Shown: in pieces, positions 47,268-56,938 of the stretch
How the letters are laid out: the number at the start of each line of letters is the position of its first letter
Position numbering within the stretch: position 1 is the first letter of the stretch
Source: a virus
Taxonomy: Duplodnaviria > Caudoviricetes
Reading direction: 5' to 3' (one strand)
DNA: 56,938 nucleotides
IMG/VR virus record: IMGVR_UViG_3300027744_000022
Coordinates: 1 to 56,938 of that record
The notes under the pieces: generated by a model
Database searches by the model: none
What the model was told of the DNA's origin: nothing
The model's input: the letters and a program-made list of their open reading frames with translations, nothing else
Position numbers and translations under genes: made by a program

Positions 47268-47292
47268 TAGTTCTTTTTTTTCAAATATACAT

Positions 47293-47324
47293 AAAAAAAA
47301 AGAGGGTACAACAAGTACCCCCTC
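47293..47324 (-). terminator. Intrinsic terminator
   Basis: GGGTAC/GTACCC stem followed by T9 on the - strand. Confidence 0.7.
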
Positions 47325-47354
47325 CTCAATAATTAGTCAATAATAAAAGTTTTA

Positions 47355-48098
47355 CTATGATAAAGTTGCATCTAACATCTTTAAAGAATCAATACCATCA
47401 TCACTTTGAAGGTAATGTGCTACCATTTCGTATGGGTCTTCTCCAAAAGGAACAGATAGCATTTTCTTTTTGTTTGTTGCAGTATTAAACCATACTTCTT
47501 TTTCACCATTTCTTAGTATCAATAGTTTGTTTTCAAAGAATAAACGAATCCTAGCTTGAAATTTTAACTCAGGGTCGTTCAATATATTCAAAAACTCTTT
47601 AGGGTCTCTCTTAGCAAATATTAATATGTCACGCTTTAACTCAGCAGTTGATACTGTTGATGGGTCTTTACCAAACATCACTCGTGTAAGAGTTTCAAGT
47701 TGGTCAAGTGATAATTGACGTGCTTCAACTAAAGCCTCAATCTCTAAATTTAAATCGTCAACCTCTACTGCAGCATCTTTTTCTTTGTTTACTTCAGAAA
47801 ATATAGTACCATTAAAAGGATGATAGTGAAGAAATTCTTGCAATACAGGATTGTTTTTAGGAACTCGCAAAAACCCATCTTCAAATACAATAGGTTCTAT
47901 AATTGCATTTCCATCTTGCTCATCTTCAAATGGGGACTTTTGGTTTGTTGAATATCTAAGTGACCTATTAATATTATTCTTTTCATCATACCACATTAAA
48001 GGAAATCTAGGATGATTTCTTGATGCTAATGTATAAGATAAAGGGGTTCCAATTTTTAATTTATAGACTTTGTCTATGGGGTTTATATTTTTTGCCAT
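47355..48098 (-). CDS. Hypothetical protein downstream of the capsid gene
   Basis: ORF track, 247 aa. Confidence 0.75.
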   Translation of the reverse strand: MAKNINPIDKVYKLKIGTPLSYTLASRNHPRFPLMWYDEKNNINRSLRYSTNQKSPFEDEQDGNAIIEPIVFEDGFLRVPKNNPVLQEFLHYHPFNGTIFSEVNKEKDAAVEVDDLNLEIEALVEARQLSLDQLETLTRVMFGKDPSTVSTAELKRDILIFAKRDPKEFLNILNDPELKFQARIRLFFENKLLILRNGEKEVWFNTATNKKKMLSVPFGEDPYEMVAHYLQSDDGIDSLKMLDATLS

Positions 48099-48127
48099 TA
48101 TTTATTTAATTTAATTTAATTTAATTT

Positions 48128-48160
48128 AAAAAAGGAGAGTGTCTTTAAGGACACCCTCCT
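48128..48160 (-). terminator. Capsid-gene terminator containing a palindrome variant (48139-48154)
   Basis: - strand AGGAGGGTGTCC-TTAA-AGACACTCTCC-TTTTTT. Confidence 0.75.
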
Positions 48161-48176
48161 ATCAATTACTGTCTTA

Positions 48177-49595
48177 TCACCCAAAACGGAATAATACGAA
48201 GTTGTTTGCACCTAAAGTACATACAGCACGCTCAGAAAGGAAGTTAACCTCCATTGCATCTAAGTCGCTTGTAGCAGCACCACCGGCAGAACCTGTAATC
48301 CAAGTTTTGTACCTACGGTCTTCAGCTTCAGAAGCACGATACCTTACGTGTAAGAAAGGACGCTTTGCGTTCTTGCCCATGATTTGGTCGTATACTGAAG
48401 TAGAACCTGCAGGAACTAATAAACCCGTGATAGTACCTGTTGCAGTTGAAGCAGCAGTACTCAAGCCACCACGCATTGTTGGGTCGTTTAGGTATTTCCA
48501 ATCAGACTTGTAGAAGTCATATCCTCTACGGAATCCTGTGAAACCTAAGTTCAACGCCATGTCAACATCATTGTCGAATAGACCAAAAGATGCACCACCG
48601 GCAGCACTAGAACCGTTAAATCCGTTTAATGTAGCCAACATATTGTCAATGTCAAAACTTAATCCACGATTAACAAATACTACGTTCTCTTCGATAGCAC
48701 CTTGCTTGTCAAGACGAGAAACAATTGAATCCCAATCAGAAAGTGAAGTTGGTGTACCACCTCCCCACACGTTACCACGAAGATTTACAACGTAGAAGAT
48801 ACCTTGAGAACCAATGAAACCTGCAGTTGCAGCACCTGAAGCAGATGCGGCAGGAACTGCTTCAATCATTGAAGTTTCCAAGTAATCCTCAAAACGAAGA
48901 CGAGTCTCGTGTTCTGATTTCAAATACCAAAGGTATCCTGTAGCACCATTCTCGGTAGTTACTTCAACCCATCCGATTTGAGCCATGTCAGAACCGTTAA
49001 CCGCATACTTATCTTTGATGATAATTGGGTTGTTAGAGTAGATGTCATCCTCAGATTCCAAAGAACCAACCATTCCGTTAGTACCTTTCTTGAACTCAGA
49101 ACCATAAATAAATACAGTACATTGAGTAGAAACTGCGAATGCTTGACCTGCAGTCTCATAGTAAGCTACTGTGAAAGTAGTTGCTGAAGGAACTGCTGTT
49201 ACGATAGCCTTGTTGAAAACACCTGATGAATTATTTTGAATCATCAAAGTTTGTCCAACACGGATAGCAATGTAAGTAACACCTGTGTCAGCTACTGTAA
49301 AAGTTGCTGTATTTGATGCTGCTGCTGCTGCTGAAGTACAACTTGTGTACTTGATGTGTAAACGTCCTTGTTCTGCCCATTTGATTTGGTCAGAGTTAGA
49401 AGGCATCTCTGCTCCTACCATACGTAAGAAGGATGCTATTGTACGATTACCATAACGCTCAAATTCTTTTTCATAAGTATCGGGAAGATATTGATTCAAG
49501 AAGTCAAAGTTGGTAATGTAGTTTGTCTGTAACGCCACCTGTTCTGCAGCAGGCTGCAGGGCGTAGGTGGGGTTGCTTAATAATGCACTTGCCAT
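48177..49595 (-). CDS. Major capsid protein
   Basis: 472 aa after portal and scaffold; W.EQGRLH, LGF.GFRRG.YDFYK..W.YLND; strong terminator follows. Confidence 0.8.
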   Translation of the reverse strand: MASALLSNPTYALQPAAEQVALQTNYITNFDFLNQYLPDTYEKEFERYGNRTIASFLRMVGAEMPSNSDQIKWAEQGRLHIKYTSCTSAAAAASNTATFTVADTGVTYIAIRVGQTLMIQNNSSGVFNKAIVTAVPSATTFTVAYYETAGQAFAVSTQCTVFIYGSEFKKGTNGMVGSLESEDDIYSNNPIIIKDKYAVNGSDMAQIGWVEVTTENGATGYLWYLKSEHETRLRFEDYLETSMIEAVPAASASGAATAGFIGSQGIFYVVNLRGNVWGGGTPTSLSDWDSIVSRLDKQGAIEENVVFVNRGLSFDIDNMLATLNGFNGSSAAGGASFGLFDNDVDMALNLGFTGFRRGYDFYKSDWKYLNDPTMRGGLSTAASTATGTITGLLVPAGSTSVYDQIMGKNAKRPFLHVRYRASEAEDRRYKTWITGSAGGAATSDLDAMEVNFLSERAVCTLGANNFVLFRFG

Positions 49596-49616
49596 TTTTT
49601 TTTAATTTAAATTGTT

Positions 49617-50714
49617 TTAAAATCGTTTTATACTGCGTATTTTCAGGTTTCTACCTGAATCAGGATTTACAGCTTTTACCTTAAATCCGTCATTTGTTTT
49701 ACCAATTTCAGGTACTCTACGTTCAGACATTTGAATATTTTTAATGCCTTTCATTGTACCTTCCGTTGCATCTGACTGTCCTTGTTCATAAAAGAACTTA
49801 GCAAATTTTTCAGGATTCATTGCTATTGACAATGACCTATGATAGCCTGATGCGTCTTTCATTAAACCTTGCTCATCCAAGAACCTATTAATAAAGTTCT
49901 GTGGAGTTGATTGGTTTTTTTTCAACTCATTAGCATCTCCCGGAGCAAACGTGAACTTCTTGTCATTAACATTAAACTCAAAACCTTTGAACTCACTGTT
50001 AAAAACATCATTCGTCTTTTGGTCAAACCATTGACGTTTACGATTGTTTTCCTCCTCTATGGTCTTTGCCTGTTGGGTATATTGCTTATAGCTTTCGTAT
50101 ACTTCTTTTTCTTCATCGGAGATAAATACCGTTCTTGACTCAAGAGGCATCTTATATTTCTCCTTGTGAGAATTGAAGTATTTCTTGGCTTCAGCAAGAA
50201 CTTTCTTCTTTGTGATTTTTACTCTTTTAATGGTTGACTCATCATCCAAATCTTCATCGTATCTGTAATCATCCATTAACGACTCGATGTCATCACTATC
50301 GAGTCCTTCCTGCGTAGCAGTTAAGTATTCTTTAAGGAGCTTATCAGGTTCCATTGAATCAAAATCTTTTTTAAGATTAATAAAATCTTCAAAACCTCTG
50401 CCTGTTTCCTTTTTATATTTCATATAAGCAGCTACATCTTCCGGAATAACCTCTGCGTTTTCACGTTCAGCTACTAAATCGTCTAATGAGTTAATCTGCT
50501 TATTATACCTTTTACCAATATATGAAAGAACGTCTGCCTCTTTGTATTCTATTTCTACTGCTGCAGGTGCTTCTACTACTTCTGATATTATTTCTTCACC
50601 ACCTGAACCATTATCTTGGTTCATTTCTTTTTCATGCTTATCAAGCAATTCTTGTTCTACTTGTTGAACACTTTTTGGTTCAATTATGTCCAATGCTCTT
50701 ACTTTATATTCCAT
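49617..50714 (-). CDS. Putative scaffolding protein
   Basis: Highly charged, acidic; between portal and capsid; TAAGTTTG at 50735-50742. Confidence 0.65.
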   Translation of the reverse strand: MEYKVRALDIIEPKSVQQVEQELLDKHEKEMNQDNGSGGEEIISEVVEAPAAVEIEYKEADVLSYIGKRYNKQINSLDDLVAERENAEVIPEDVAAYMKYKKETGRGFEDFINLKKDFDSMEPDKLLKEYLTATQEGLDSDDIESLMDDYRYDEDLDDESTIKRVKITKKKVLAEAKKYFNSHKEKYKMPLESRTVFISDEEKEVYESYKQYTQQAKTIEEENNRKRQWFDQKTNDVFNSEFKGFEFNVNDKKFTFAPGDANELKKNQSTPQNFINRFLDEQGLMKDASGYHRSLSIAMNPEKFAKFFYEQGQSDATEGTMKGIKNIQMSERRVPEIGKTNDGFKVKAVNPDSGRNLKIRSIKRF

Positions 50715-50760
50715 TTGATTTAATTTGATTTATACAAACTTAGATAAAAATTCTCATATT

Positions 50761-53199
50761 TTAACGAGGCTCAAATTCAGCTAAATCAAATCCGTCTAAA
50801 CTATCCTCATTTGATTCAAAACTCATAGGGGGTAGATTGTTCTTTCTTTGATTAATTAATTTAGATTGCTCGCTATTTTGTTGACTAATTCTTTTTGCTT
50901 TTGCATCTTCTTTCATTTGGTCTCTTTGGTCTAAATTATTAACCTCCATACCATGAAGTTGCATATTATAGTCAAACTCTTCACGCATTAAATAAGACTT
51001 CATCTCAGCTTCTTTCTCCATCTTCTGAATATCAAATGCTACTTCTGCTTGTTTAATCTGCATTTTAGACCTTGTTTCCATCTCAATCTTTTGCATAGCA
51101 ACTTGAGATGCCAACTCTTGAGACTTCAATTGTTGTTGAGCAATCATGGCTTGTTTTTGCATAGCCATTTTTTCTTCACGTTCCTGAGTCTTAATCCGTT
51201 TCATCTTTAACAATTGGTTCGCAAGTTTTAAATTACGAATCTCACGAATGTCAATTGCATCCTCAAGATTAATATCTCCTTTTGCTAATGCCATTTGTAT
51301 ATTAGCTTCAAGCTGTGCTTTCTGCTCTTCATCAGGTGAAATCTCAATAAATATACCAAAGTCATATATATAAAGGTCTTTAATCTCATTCAATATAGAG
51401 ACATTGTATTTACCAATTTGATTAGCAAACTCATCTTTAAAGTCTGCATATTCTAAAATATCACCTACACGATAAGTTAAAGCCTCAGCTAATGAACGAT
51501 AAATGAACAAAGAAGCATCCAAAATATGTCTTGTTGCTGTATTTGAATTTAAAGCAGCTAATTTTTGTAGACCAACTAATGAATTAGGGTCAGGGTTAGA
51601 ACCATCTCTTGCTTCATTAAGACCTGTTACAGACCTAATCATATCAATGTAATGATTCATGTTAGTAATAAGCATCTGCGTTTTACCTATACCTGAGTTA
51701 GAACTTAATTGAGTAATAGGTACTCTTGCATTATTAAAGTCACCATCCTGAGTAAAACTACGTCCAATTACACTACCTGTTTGGAAGTATAACCTAAGTG
51801 CATCTTCAGGATTATAAGCATTACCTGTACCTAAATCAATCTCATTTAATCCATCGGCATCAATAAATACTCCATCAGGAACAACTCTTGCAATTACTTG
51901 TTGAAGTTTTAAGTGTGTAATTTGAATCAAGTCAGCAAATGGTATCATTCTTCTGCATAGAGATTCAATAACTCCCTTATACATACGTGGAGCACAAGCA
52001 ACATAATTAGGCAATGCGTGTTGAGATGCGGACTTAGGACGAACCATATTCTCAGACATCTTCCATTGTAATAGCATACTAGTACCCATTACCATGATAC
52101 CTTCATACCAAACGTCAATAGTTTTTTCAATTTTTTCAAACTTACCCTCTTCCATCATTTCAACAGGAGGATTAAAGTTTTCATCTTTCTCAATAATTCT
52201 TGAACCACCACCCTCAAGTATCTTTTTCTTATAAACTACTTTCTTGGTAGATTTATAATTAAAATACATTAATGTACAAGTGTCACGATAAAACAAACTG
52301 TTCTCATAAAATTGAGCAACATTGTAATAATCATACCATCCTTGACTGTATTGAGTAATTTCTTGTAAATCTTCTTTAGTAAGAGTAGGGTCAATTTTCA
52401 TTAACTCTGTTAATGAAACAGTCTTAATCTCACCCCAATAAAAACAATCTCTAAAGTAAGGGTCTTCTGTGTAACTATAAACAATGTTAGCAGGGTCTAC
52501 ATAGGATACTTTAACACCCGCTCCTTGTAAAAACTCATGCTTTGCAACACCAAGACCTATAACAGTAATGTCATAGTCACTTCTTTTTCTGATGTCATCG
52601 TAATGATTGTTATCAAATATTGTATTGATTGCCTCTTCTTCTGCTATCTCAATAGCAGGTTTATAATTAAGTTGCATATATAATGACAATTCCTCGTCAG
52701 TATTTGGTAGTTTATCAGGTTCCATTAAAAATGGATTAACACCTGTTAGTTCTTGAATCTTTGTAAGTACAGGTTTACCTGCCATTTGAGTTTCAAGCAT
52801 ATCTTGGTATTTGCTTCTTTTAGATTGAGACATTGCATCCTGTGCATACGCCTTAACCTTAAATAATCTATCAGACATACCATTGACAACAATGTCAATA
52901 AATTTAGGAAGTATAGGAACCGGAGTCCAATCTAAGTTTAAATAAGATAAGTCACCATCAATAGCTAGTTCATTTTTATATTTTGCAATTGATTGTTCGC
53001 CACGAGCATAAAGTCTAAGTCTACGGAAATCTCTCCATTGACTGTAATACCTACAAGAGCTACCATCTTTTCTGAACCACTCATATTGGATAGCTTGCCC
53101 CACTTGTAACCCAAATGCATCCGAAGCCTTCTCTGCATCAGTTGCTAACTGACTTGGGAATGAAGTGGAATTTATCTCTATTTTTATGTCGTTTTTCAT
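50761..53199 (-). CDS. Portal protein
   Basis: 812 aa next to the terminase; LYARG.Q, P.LPKF.D, TG.NEAR.G; C-terminal coiled coil. Confidence 0.8.
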   Translation of the reverse strand: MKNDIKIEINSTSFPSQLATDAEKASDAFGLQVGQAIQYEWFRKDGSSCRYYSQWRDFRRLRLYARGEQSIAKYKNELAIDGDLSYLNLDWTPVPILPKFIDIVVNGMSDRLFKVKAYAQDAMSQSKRSKYQDMLETQMAGKPVLTKIQELTGVNPFLMEPDKLPNTDEELSLYMQLNYKPAIEIAEEEAINTIFDNNHYDDIRKRSDYDITVIGLGVAKHEFLQGAGVKVSYVDPANIVYSYTEDPYFRDCFYWGEIKTVSLTELMKIDPTLTKEDLQEITQYSQGWYDYYNVAQFYENSLFYRDTCTLMYFNYKSTKKVVYKKKILEGGGSRIIEKDENFNPPVEMMEEGKFEKIEKTIDVWYEGIMVMGTSMLLQWKMSENMVRPKSASQHALPNYVACAPRMYKGVIESLCRRMIPFADLIQITHLKLQQVIARVVPDGVFIDADGLNEIDLGTGNAYNPEDALRLYFQTGSVIGRSFTQDGDFNNARVPITQLSSNSGIGKTQMLITNMNHYIDMIRSVTGLNEARDGSNPDPNSLVGLQKLAALNSNTATRHILDASLFIYRSLAEALTYRVGDILEYADFKDEFANQIGKYNVSILNEIKDLYIYDFGIFIEISPDEEQKAQLEANIQMALAKGDINLEDAIDIREIRNLKLANQLLKMKRIKTQEREEKMAMQKQAMIAQQQLKSQELASQVAMQKIEMETRSKMQIKQAEVAFDIQKMEKEAEMKSYLMREEFDYNMQLHGMEVNNLDQRDQMKEDAKAKRISQQNSEQSKLINQRKNNLPPMSFESNEDSLDGFDLAEFEPR

Positions 53200-55445
53200 C
53201 TAATCAATTGACTTGTTGTTCCTTCGTTTGTATACTTAGCGAAGTTAATAATTAATTTTGATTCTTTTTTCTCAGGAATGTATAGGTGCTTTTGATTAGC
53301 CATTATGCACAATCCTGAACTAATAGATGCATCAAATGTTGTTCTGTCGTTTATATCAAACTTTGCCCAATCTTCAAGAGTCCTTGTAAATGGCATTGTT
53401 CCCATCTCTTCAGGGTCTCTATACTTAGCCTCTAAGTCTAATCCAACGTGTTTTTCTATGTACGATTCAATTGCTGAAGCGTGTGATTGCTTAACATCTT
53501 CTGAAGTATTTGGAATACCGCCCAATTCTCGTTCAGTCTTTGTCAGTTTAGCCATCTGTTTGTCAGGTCTATTAATAGAAAATCCTCTGTATCCTCTATT
53601 TTTTATATGATATAAAAGTCTTGGCTTATTATTTTCTACTAAGATAGGCATTCCGTAGAATATACAAGCCATAAGCACTTCCTCAAAAAATATCTCTGCC
53701 GTCTGTGGACGAGCAACATACTCCAAGAAAAACTCATTAACAGGAGCCTCATCCATGTGGAACTTAGTCATACCGTGCAATGCACCATTTGACCCACGTC
53801 CACCAACTACTGCTGAGATGTCATAGGAGTCACAACCAAATGACCCAAGGTGCTCATTGCCGGGATATTTAATACCATTACGTATATGCACATTGTTCTG
53901 CATATGTTTGGTTGGTGCCCAACTTATAAGGAATCTACCACGTGTGTCAGGAGTCCATATTACATCAGTATCTTTAATGCCATCTTTCCATGAGAATGAC
54001 CCACGAGTAAGGTAGTGCTCCTTAATCATTGAGTCATTGTAGTCAATTTGTTGATATAGTTTGGTTAAGTTAAATAAAGACTGCTTACTTTCATCTCTAA
54101 AAGCATGAGATTGTGTCCTTGGAAACTGACGGTAAAATTCGTTTAACGCATCGGCATCACTCTTTAATGAGTCTACCTCAGCCTCCCAATAGTCTATTGC
54201 TCCATTTGTAATCCAATTGCCGTCAACCCCCATTACAGGTTCTTCAGGCTTTCTGAATACAGGATGACCATACCTATCAATAAAGCCTTCCATGTTCCAT
54301 TCCATTGGAATAAACAAGGAATATAGACCACTCTTAGTCTGTCCGTTGGCATTTCGTTTTGATATATCTGAATCTTCAAACATATCTTTATAGTTCTGCC
54401 CACCTTTTGATAATGCATTTGAGGTAGACCCCATCATACACTTACCAATAATCTTGCTGCCTAATCGAAGACACGTCTTAGTAACACGCCAATTCTCTTT
54501 GATGTTTACCGGCTTAGTCCATTTTCCCGATTCGTCATGTGCCAATAATAATAATTTTTCTCCATCATAGGAGTTGTCATCCGTATTTTTCCAATCTATT
54601 GACGTGTCAAGACCTTCTACTTCTGTATCATCAGCATCATACATATTCTTTTTGGTAATCTTGGTTGCCGGTATTCTGAATGATAACTCTGTTTTAGGTT
54701 TATCCATACCATCCATAATAGGTTTGAAAAAAAATGGAAAACGACTATTAATAGGAACAACCTTATCCGTAAACATTTTTTTAGCATCGGGTCCCGTCTT
54801 TGATAACATACCTATACGTGCATTTCGTGCAAGCGTACCTATGTTTACACACTCCGATGAAGCCATAAAAGAAAATCCTGAACGTCTTATCTTTAGATAG
54901 ATAATGCCAAATGACCTTGGGTCAGCACGACAGGCTTCCCAAAATATCCAATAGAGACGATTGGCTTCACGAAAATCAGGGTAGCCAACGTCAATACTTG
55001 ACCACTGCAAGTACGTATAATGAGAGCCTGTTATGTAAGTCTTTACGCCATTATTCATGAACCAAAAACCTTGCTCACGAAAATCAAACTCGTTCTCAAT
55101 ATAATCTACCCAACGGTTTTTAAATTCTTTTGGCTTTTCGTTCCATTGAAATATGGATTGTATTCTTGCTAACTCACGAGGGAGTTCTTGGCGTTCCCAA
55201 TATTGTTCAACTTTTGATACGTGTCTTTGAAGACACTTATTGGGAGTGGCAGGCAATGCTATTTTAAGTCCTTCAATATCTACTATCTCTCCTATCTCAC
55301 CTGTCTTTGAGATTACTGTAACATTGTATTGTTCGTTATAGCCATAGAGCCAAGACTTCACTCTGTTTTTATTAGAGATGACACTTGCCGGTATATAGTT
55401 TTCTATTATTCGGCACAGACTATTGCTTTGACCTTCGTTCTGCAA
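53196..55445 (-). CDS. terL: Terminase large subunit
   Basis: LKIRRSGFS (Walker A variant), HDESGKW (Walker B), GCDSYD, ENN, FDASISSG; TTG start. Confidence 0.88.
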   Translation of the reverse strand: MQNEGQSNSLCRIIENYIPASVISNKNRVKSWLYGYNEQYNVTVISKTGEIGEIVDIEGLKIALPATPNKCLQRHVSKVEQYWERQELPRELARIQSIFQWNEKPKEFKNRWVDYIENEFDFREQGFWFMNNGVKTYITGSHYTYLQWSSIDVGYPDFREANRLYWIFWEACRADPRSFGIIYLKIRRSGFSFMASSECVNIGTLARNARIGMLSKTGPDAKKMFTDKVVPINSRFPFFFKPIMDGMDKPKTELSFRIPATKITKKNMYDADDTEVEGLDTSIDWKNTDDNSYDGEKLLLLAHDESGKWTKPVNIKENWRVTKTCLRLGSKIIGKCMMGSTSNALSKGGQNYKDMFEDSDISKRNANGQTKSGLYSLFIPMEWNMEGFIDRYGHPVFRKPEEPVMGVDGNWITNGAIDYWEAEVDSLKSDADALNEFYRQFPRTQSHAFRDESKQSLFNLTKLYQQIDYNDSMIKEHYLTRGSFSWKDGIKDTDVIWTPDTRGRFLISWAPTKHMQNNVHIRNGIKYPGNEHLGSFGCDSYDISAVVGGRGSNGALHGMTKFHMDEAPVNEFFLEYVARPQTAEIFFEEVLMACIFYGMPILVENNKPRLLYHIKNRGYRGFSINRPDKQMAKLTKTERELGGIPNTSEDVKQSHASAIESYIEKHVGLDLEAKYRDPEEMGTMPFTRTLEDWAKFDINDRTTFDASISSGLCIMANQKHLYIPEKKESKLIINFAKYTNEGTTSQLIR
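55221..55236. repeat. Palindrome GTGTCT-TTGA-AGACAC (inside terL)
   Basis: Exact match. Confidence 0.85.
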
Positions 55446-55707
55446 ATCCTTGTTTTGTATCTGTTCTGCTTACTCCACGCTCTGCGGAGTCAAGATTTTC
55501 TTTTTCTAATTCTATTCTACTTAGTATCTCAAACGCATCAAAGATAGCTAACTTTTTAGCGGCTGCTGCATTCTTCATTTTATCTGCAGATACATCAGTA
55601 TCTGACTCGGTATTAATAATATCTTCTTCAGCTACTTTAATAAGATGTGATACCGCTTTATACCCTGCCTCAATGATTCTTAACTTTATCTCTCTAGTAT
55701 CTCTCAT
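55420..55707 (-). CDS. Putative terminase small subunit
   Basis: 95-aa helical protein overlapping the terL start. Confidence 0.5.
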   Translation of the reverse strand: MRDTREIKLRIIEAGYKAVSHLIKVAEEDIINTESDTDVSADKMKNAAAAKKLAIFDAFEILSRIELEKENLDSAERGVSRTDTKQGFAERRSKQ

Positions 55708-56180
55708 TACTTGGCTTTTAAAAATATTATCTGAACCAATCGAGATTGTTCACCTGAGCCAAAGTTCTCAAGAATATTTCTTGAATGTGAGGCATCAGAG
55801 CTAAATGCAACCATGCGGTTGAATTTAGAATACATTGTAAACAAAGACTTTTTATCTTCATCATAGATAGTTGTTCCATCATTGTCAGGTGCTTGTTCAT
55901 TTAAGTATAAAATACAAGTAATATGACCCATCATCTCATCCGTATGAACAAAGTTTGGCTCTTTCTGATTTAATGGAGACTTTCTTACAAAATTAAATGA
56001 AACATTGTATGAAGTAAATAGTTCAGATACATACTGAGCAAACTCATCGTTATTATCTCTTGGCTGAATATTTTTAAATGTATTATCCCCGTCTGCAATA
56101 TCTTGAAAGCCATGCTTGTGTATGTCCTCAACATAAGCAAGAGGGTTTTTTAATATATTATCAAATGTAATTAGATTCAT
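55707..56180 (-). CDS. 2OG-Fe(II) oxygenase
   Basis: HTD...ILYLN....GT......FNR.V.F....HSR....R..Q. Confidence 0.8.
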   Translation of the reverse strand: MNLITFDNILKNPLAYVEDIHKHGFQDIADGDNTFKNIQPRDNNDEFAQYVSELFTSYNVSFNFVRKSPLNQKEPNFVHTDEMMGHITCILYLNEQAPDNDGTTIYDEDKKSLFTMYSKFNRMVAFSSDASHSRNILENFGSGEQSRLVQIIFLKAK

Positions 56181-56740
56181 AATTTCATTGTTATTTGATG
56201 GTCATACATTCTATATAGCTTCTCATCATCCACTGTGAACTCATATTCGCTGTCAGGAGAGAAGCAAACCATGTCCCCGGACTTTACCCCTTTCTCTAAT
56301 AAGTATTCATTAGGGTACTTCATTATGCCCATCAACGGCTCCTCTGAAAAAGGCTTCTTAATATAGCTTTTAGTTGTAGGAATTGGCTTTACAAAGCAGT
56401 ACCTATCATAGGCATTCCACGTAGAGTTATGCTTATACATAAAGAATTGGTCAGGCTCAATAAAGAATAGGTCGTCTTTAAAAAAAGACTTACCACTCTT
56501 TTGCCTACCCCTTACATCATTGTAGAACTTAAAAACATTGTGGTGTACAAGAAGAGTATCTGACTTTTGAATAGGTCCGGCATAATCTAATGGCAACTCA
56601 ACGACTTCTGCAAATCGGTTAGAAAACTTGTGGTCTTCTTCAGAGGTGCTGACAATAAAGTCAACACCACTTATCTCTTTTGTGTTATCGTATCGCTTTC
56701 CATTAGCCGGCTTGGCTATGAAATAGAATGGCGACCTCAT
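56177..56740 (-). CDS. Tandem GroES-like domain protein
   Basis: Two GroES-like halves (IQKSDTLLVHH; GVKSGDMVCF...EYEF.VD...LYRM). Confidence 0.55.
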   Translation of the reverse strand: MRSPFYFIAKPANGKRYDNTKEISGVDFIVSTSEEDHKFSNRFAEVVELPLDYAGPIQKSDTLLVHHNVFKFYNDVRGRQKSGKSFFKDDLFFIEPDQFFMYKHNSTWNAYDRYCFVKPIPTTKSYIKKPFSEEPLMGIMKYPNEYLLEKGVKSGDMVCFSPDSEYEFTVDDEKLYRMYDHQITMKL

Positions 56741-56937
56741 TAGATGTTTATATTATATTCAATTGAAATAGGTATAGTAGAATTAAATTCTTTCCAAAGA
56801 ACTATTTCACTCTTTTCATTAATAATATATATTTGAATAGATTCTTTGGTGGAGTTAAACTTAATTAAATGTATTTCATTAGTATCTCCAAGAACTTTTT
56901 GCCCTACAAGATAATGCATAGCACCACCTTTATAGTC
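56740..56937 (-). CDS. Hypothetical protein (5'-truncated)
   Basis: Hand-translated ...DYKGGAMHYLVGQKV...WKEFN...PISIEYNINI*; TAA overlaps the next ATG. Confidence 0.6.
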   Translation of the reverse strand, partial: DYKGGAMHYLVGQKVLGDTNEIHLIKFNSTKESIQIYIINEKSEIVLWKEFNSTIPISIEYNINI

Positions 56938-56938
56938 A

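Noticed and set aside
27344-56938. Stop-codon reassignment as in some crAss-like phages
   Set aside because: Long genes are intact in the standard code, and TAG and TGA end genes at tight junctions.
1-56938. Integrase, reverse transcriptase/DGR, introns or inteins
   Set aside because: No such motifs were recognised, and terL, portal, capsid and helicase genes appear uninterrupted.

Overview
The window is most of the genome of a tailed dsDNA phage of a Bacteroidota host (Bacteroidetes-type TAnnTTTG promoters, no Shine-Dalgarno sites), with a crAss-like/podoviral structural module. Both ends cut minus-strand genes, so it is probably a permuted, nearly complete genome. Transcription diverges around 10 kb. 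The + strand (10.4-27.3 kb) carries early and replication genes: an amidoligase, a GATase-II/GGCT fusion, MazG, a Sak-type recombinase with an exonuclease, SSB, a primase-SF3 helicase, a SET-domain protein, an SNF2 helicase and VRR-NUC. The - strand carries terminase, portal, scaffold, capsid, tail, a 2799-aa polyvalent protein, groEL-groES, small basic proteins, lysis genes and a tail fibre. The most unusual content is non-coding: (1) three type III hammerhead ribozymes, each in a cassette of palindrome, ribozyme, hairpin and start codon at early-gene boundaries; (2) a 16-bp palindrome GTGTCT-N4-AGACAC found 12 times, including inside four genes; (3) two tRNA-like elements with missing or aberrant anticodon arms; (4) a duplicated ~165-bp TCGACAT iteron element; (5) a GTGCCC repeat patch at the strand switch. 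All protein calls come from motif recognition by eye; no database searches were run.
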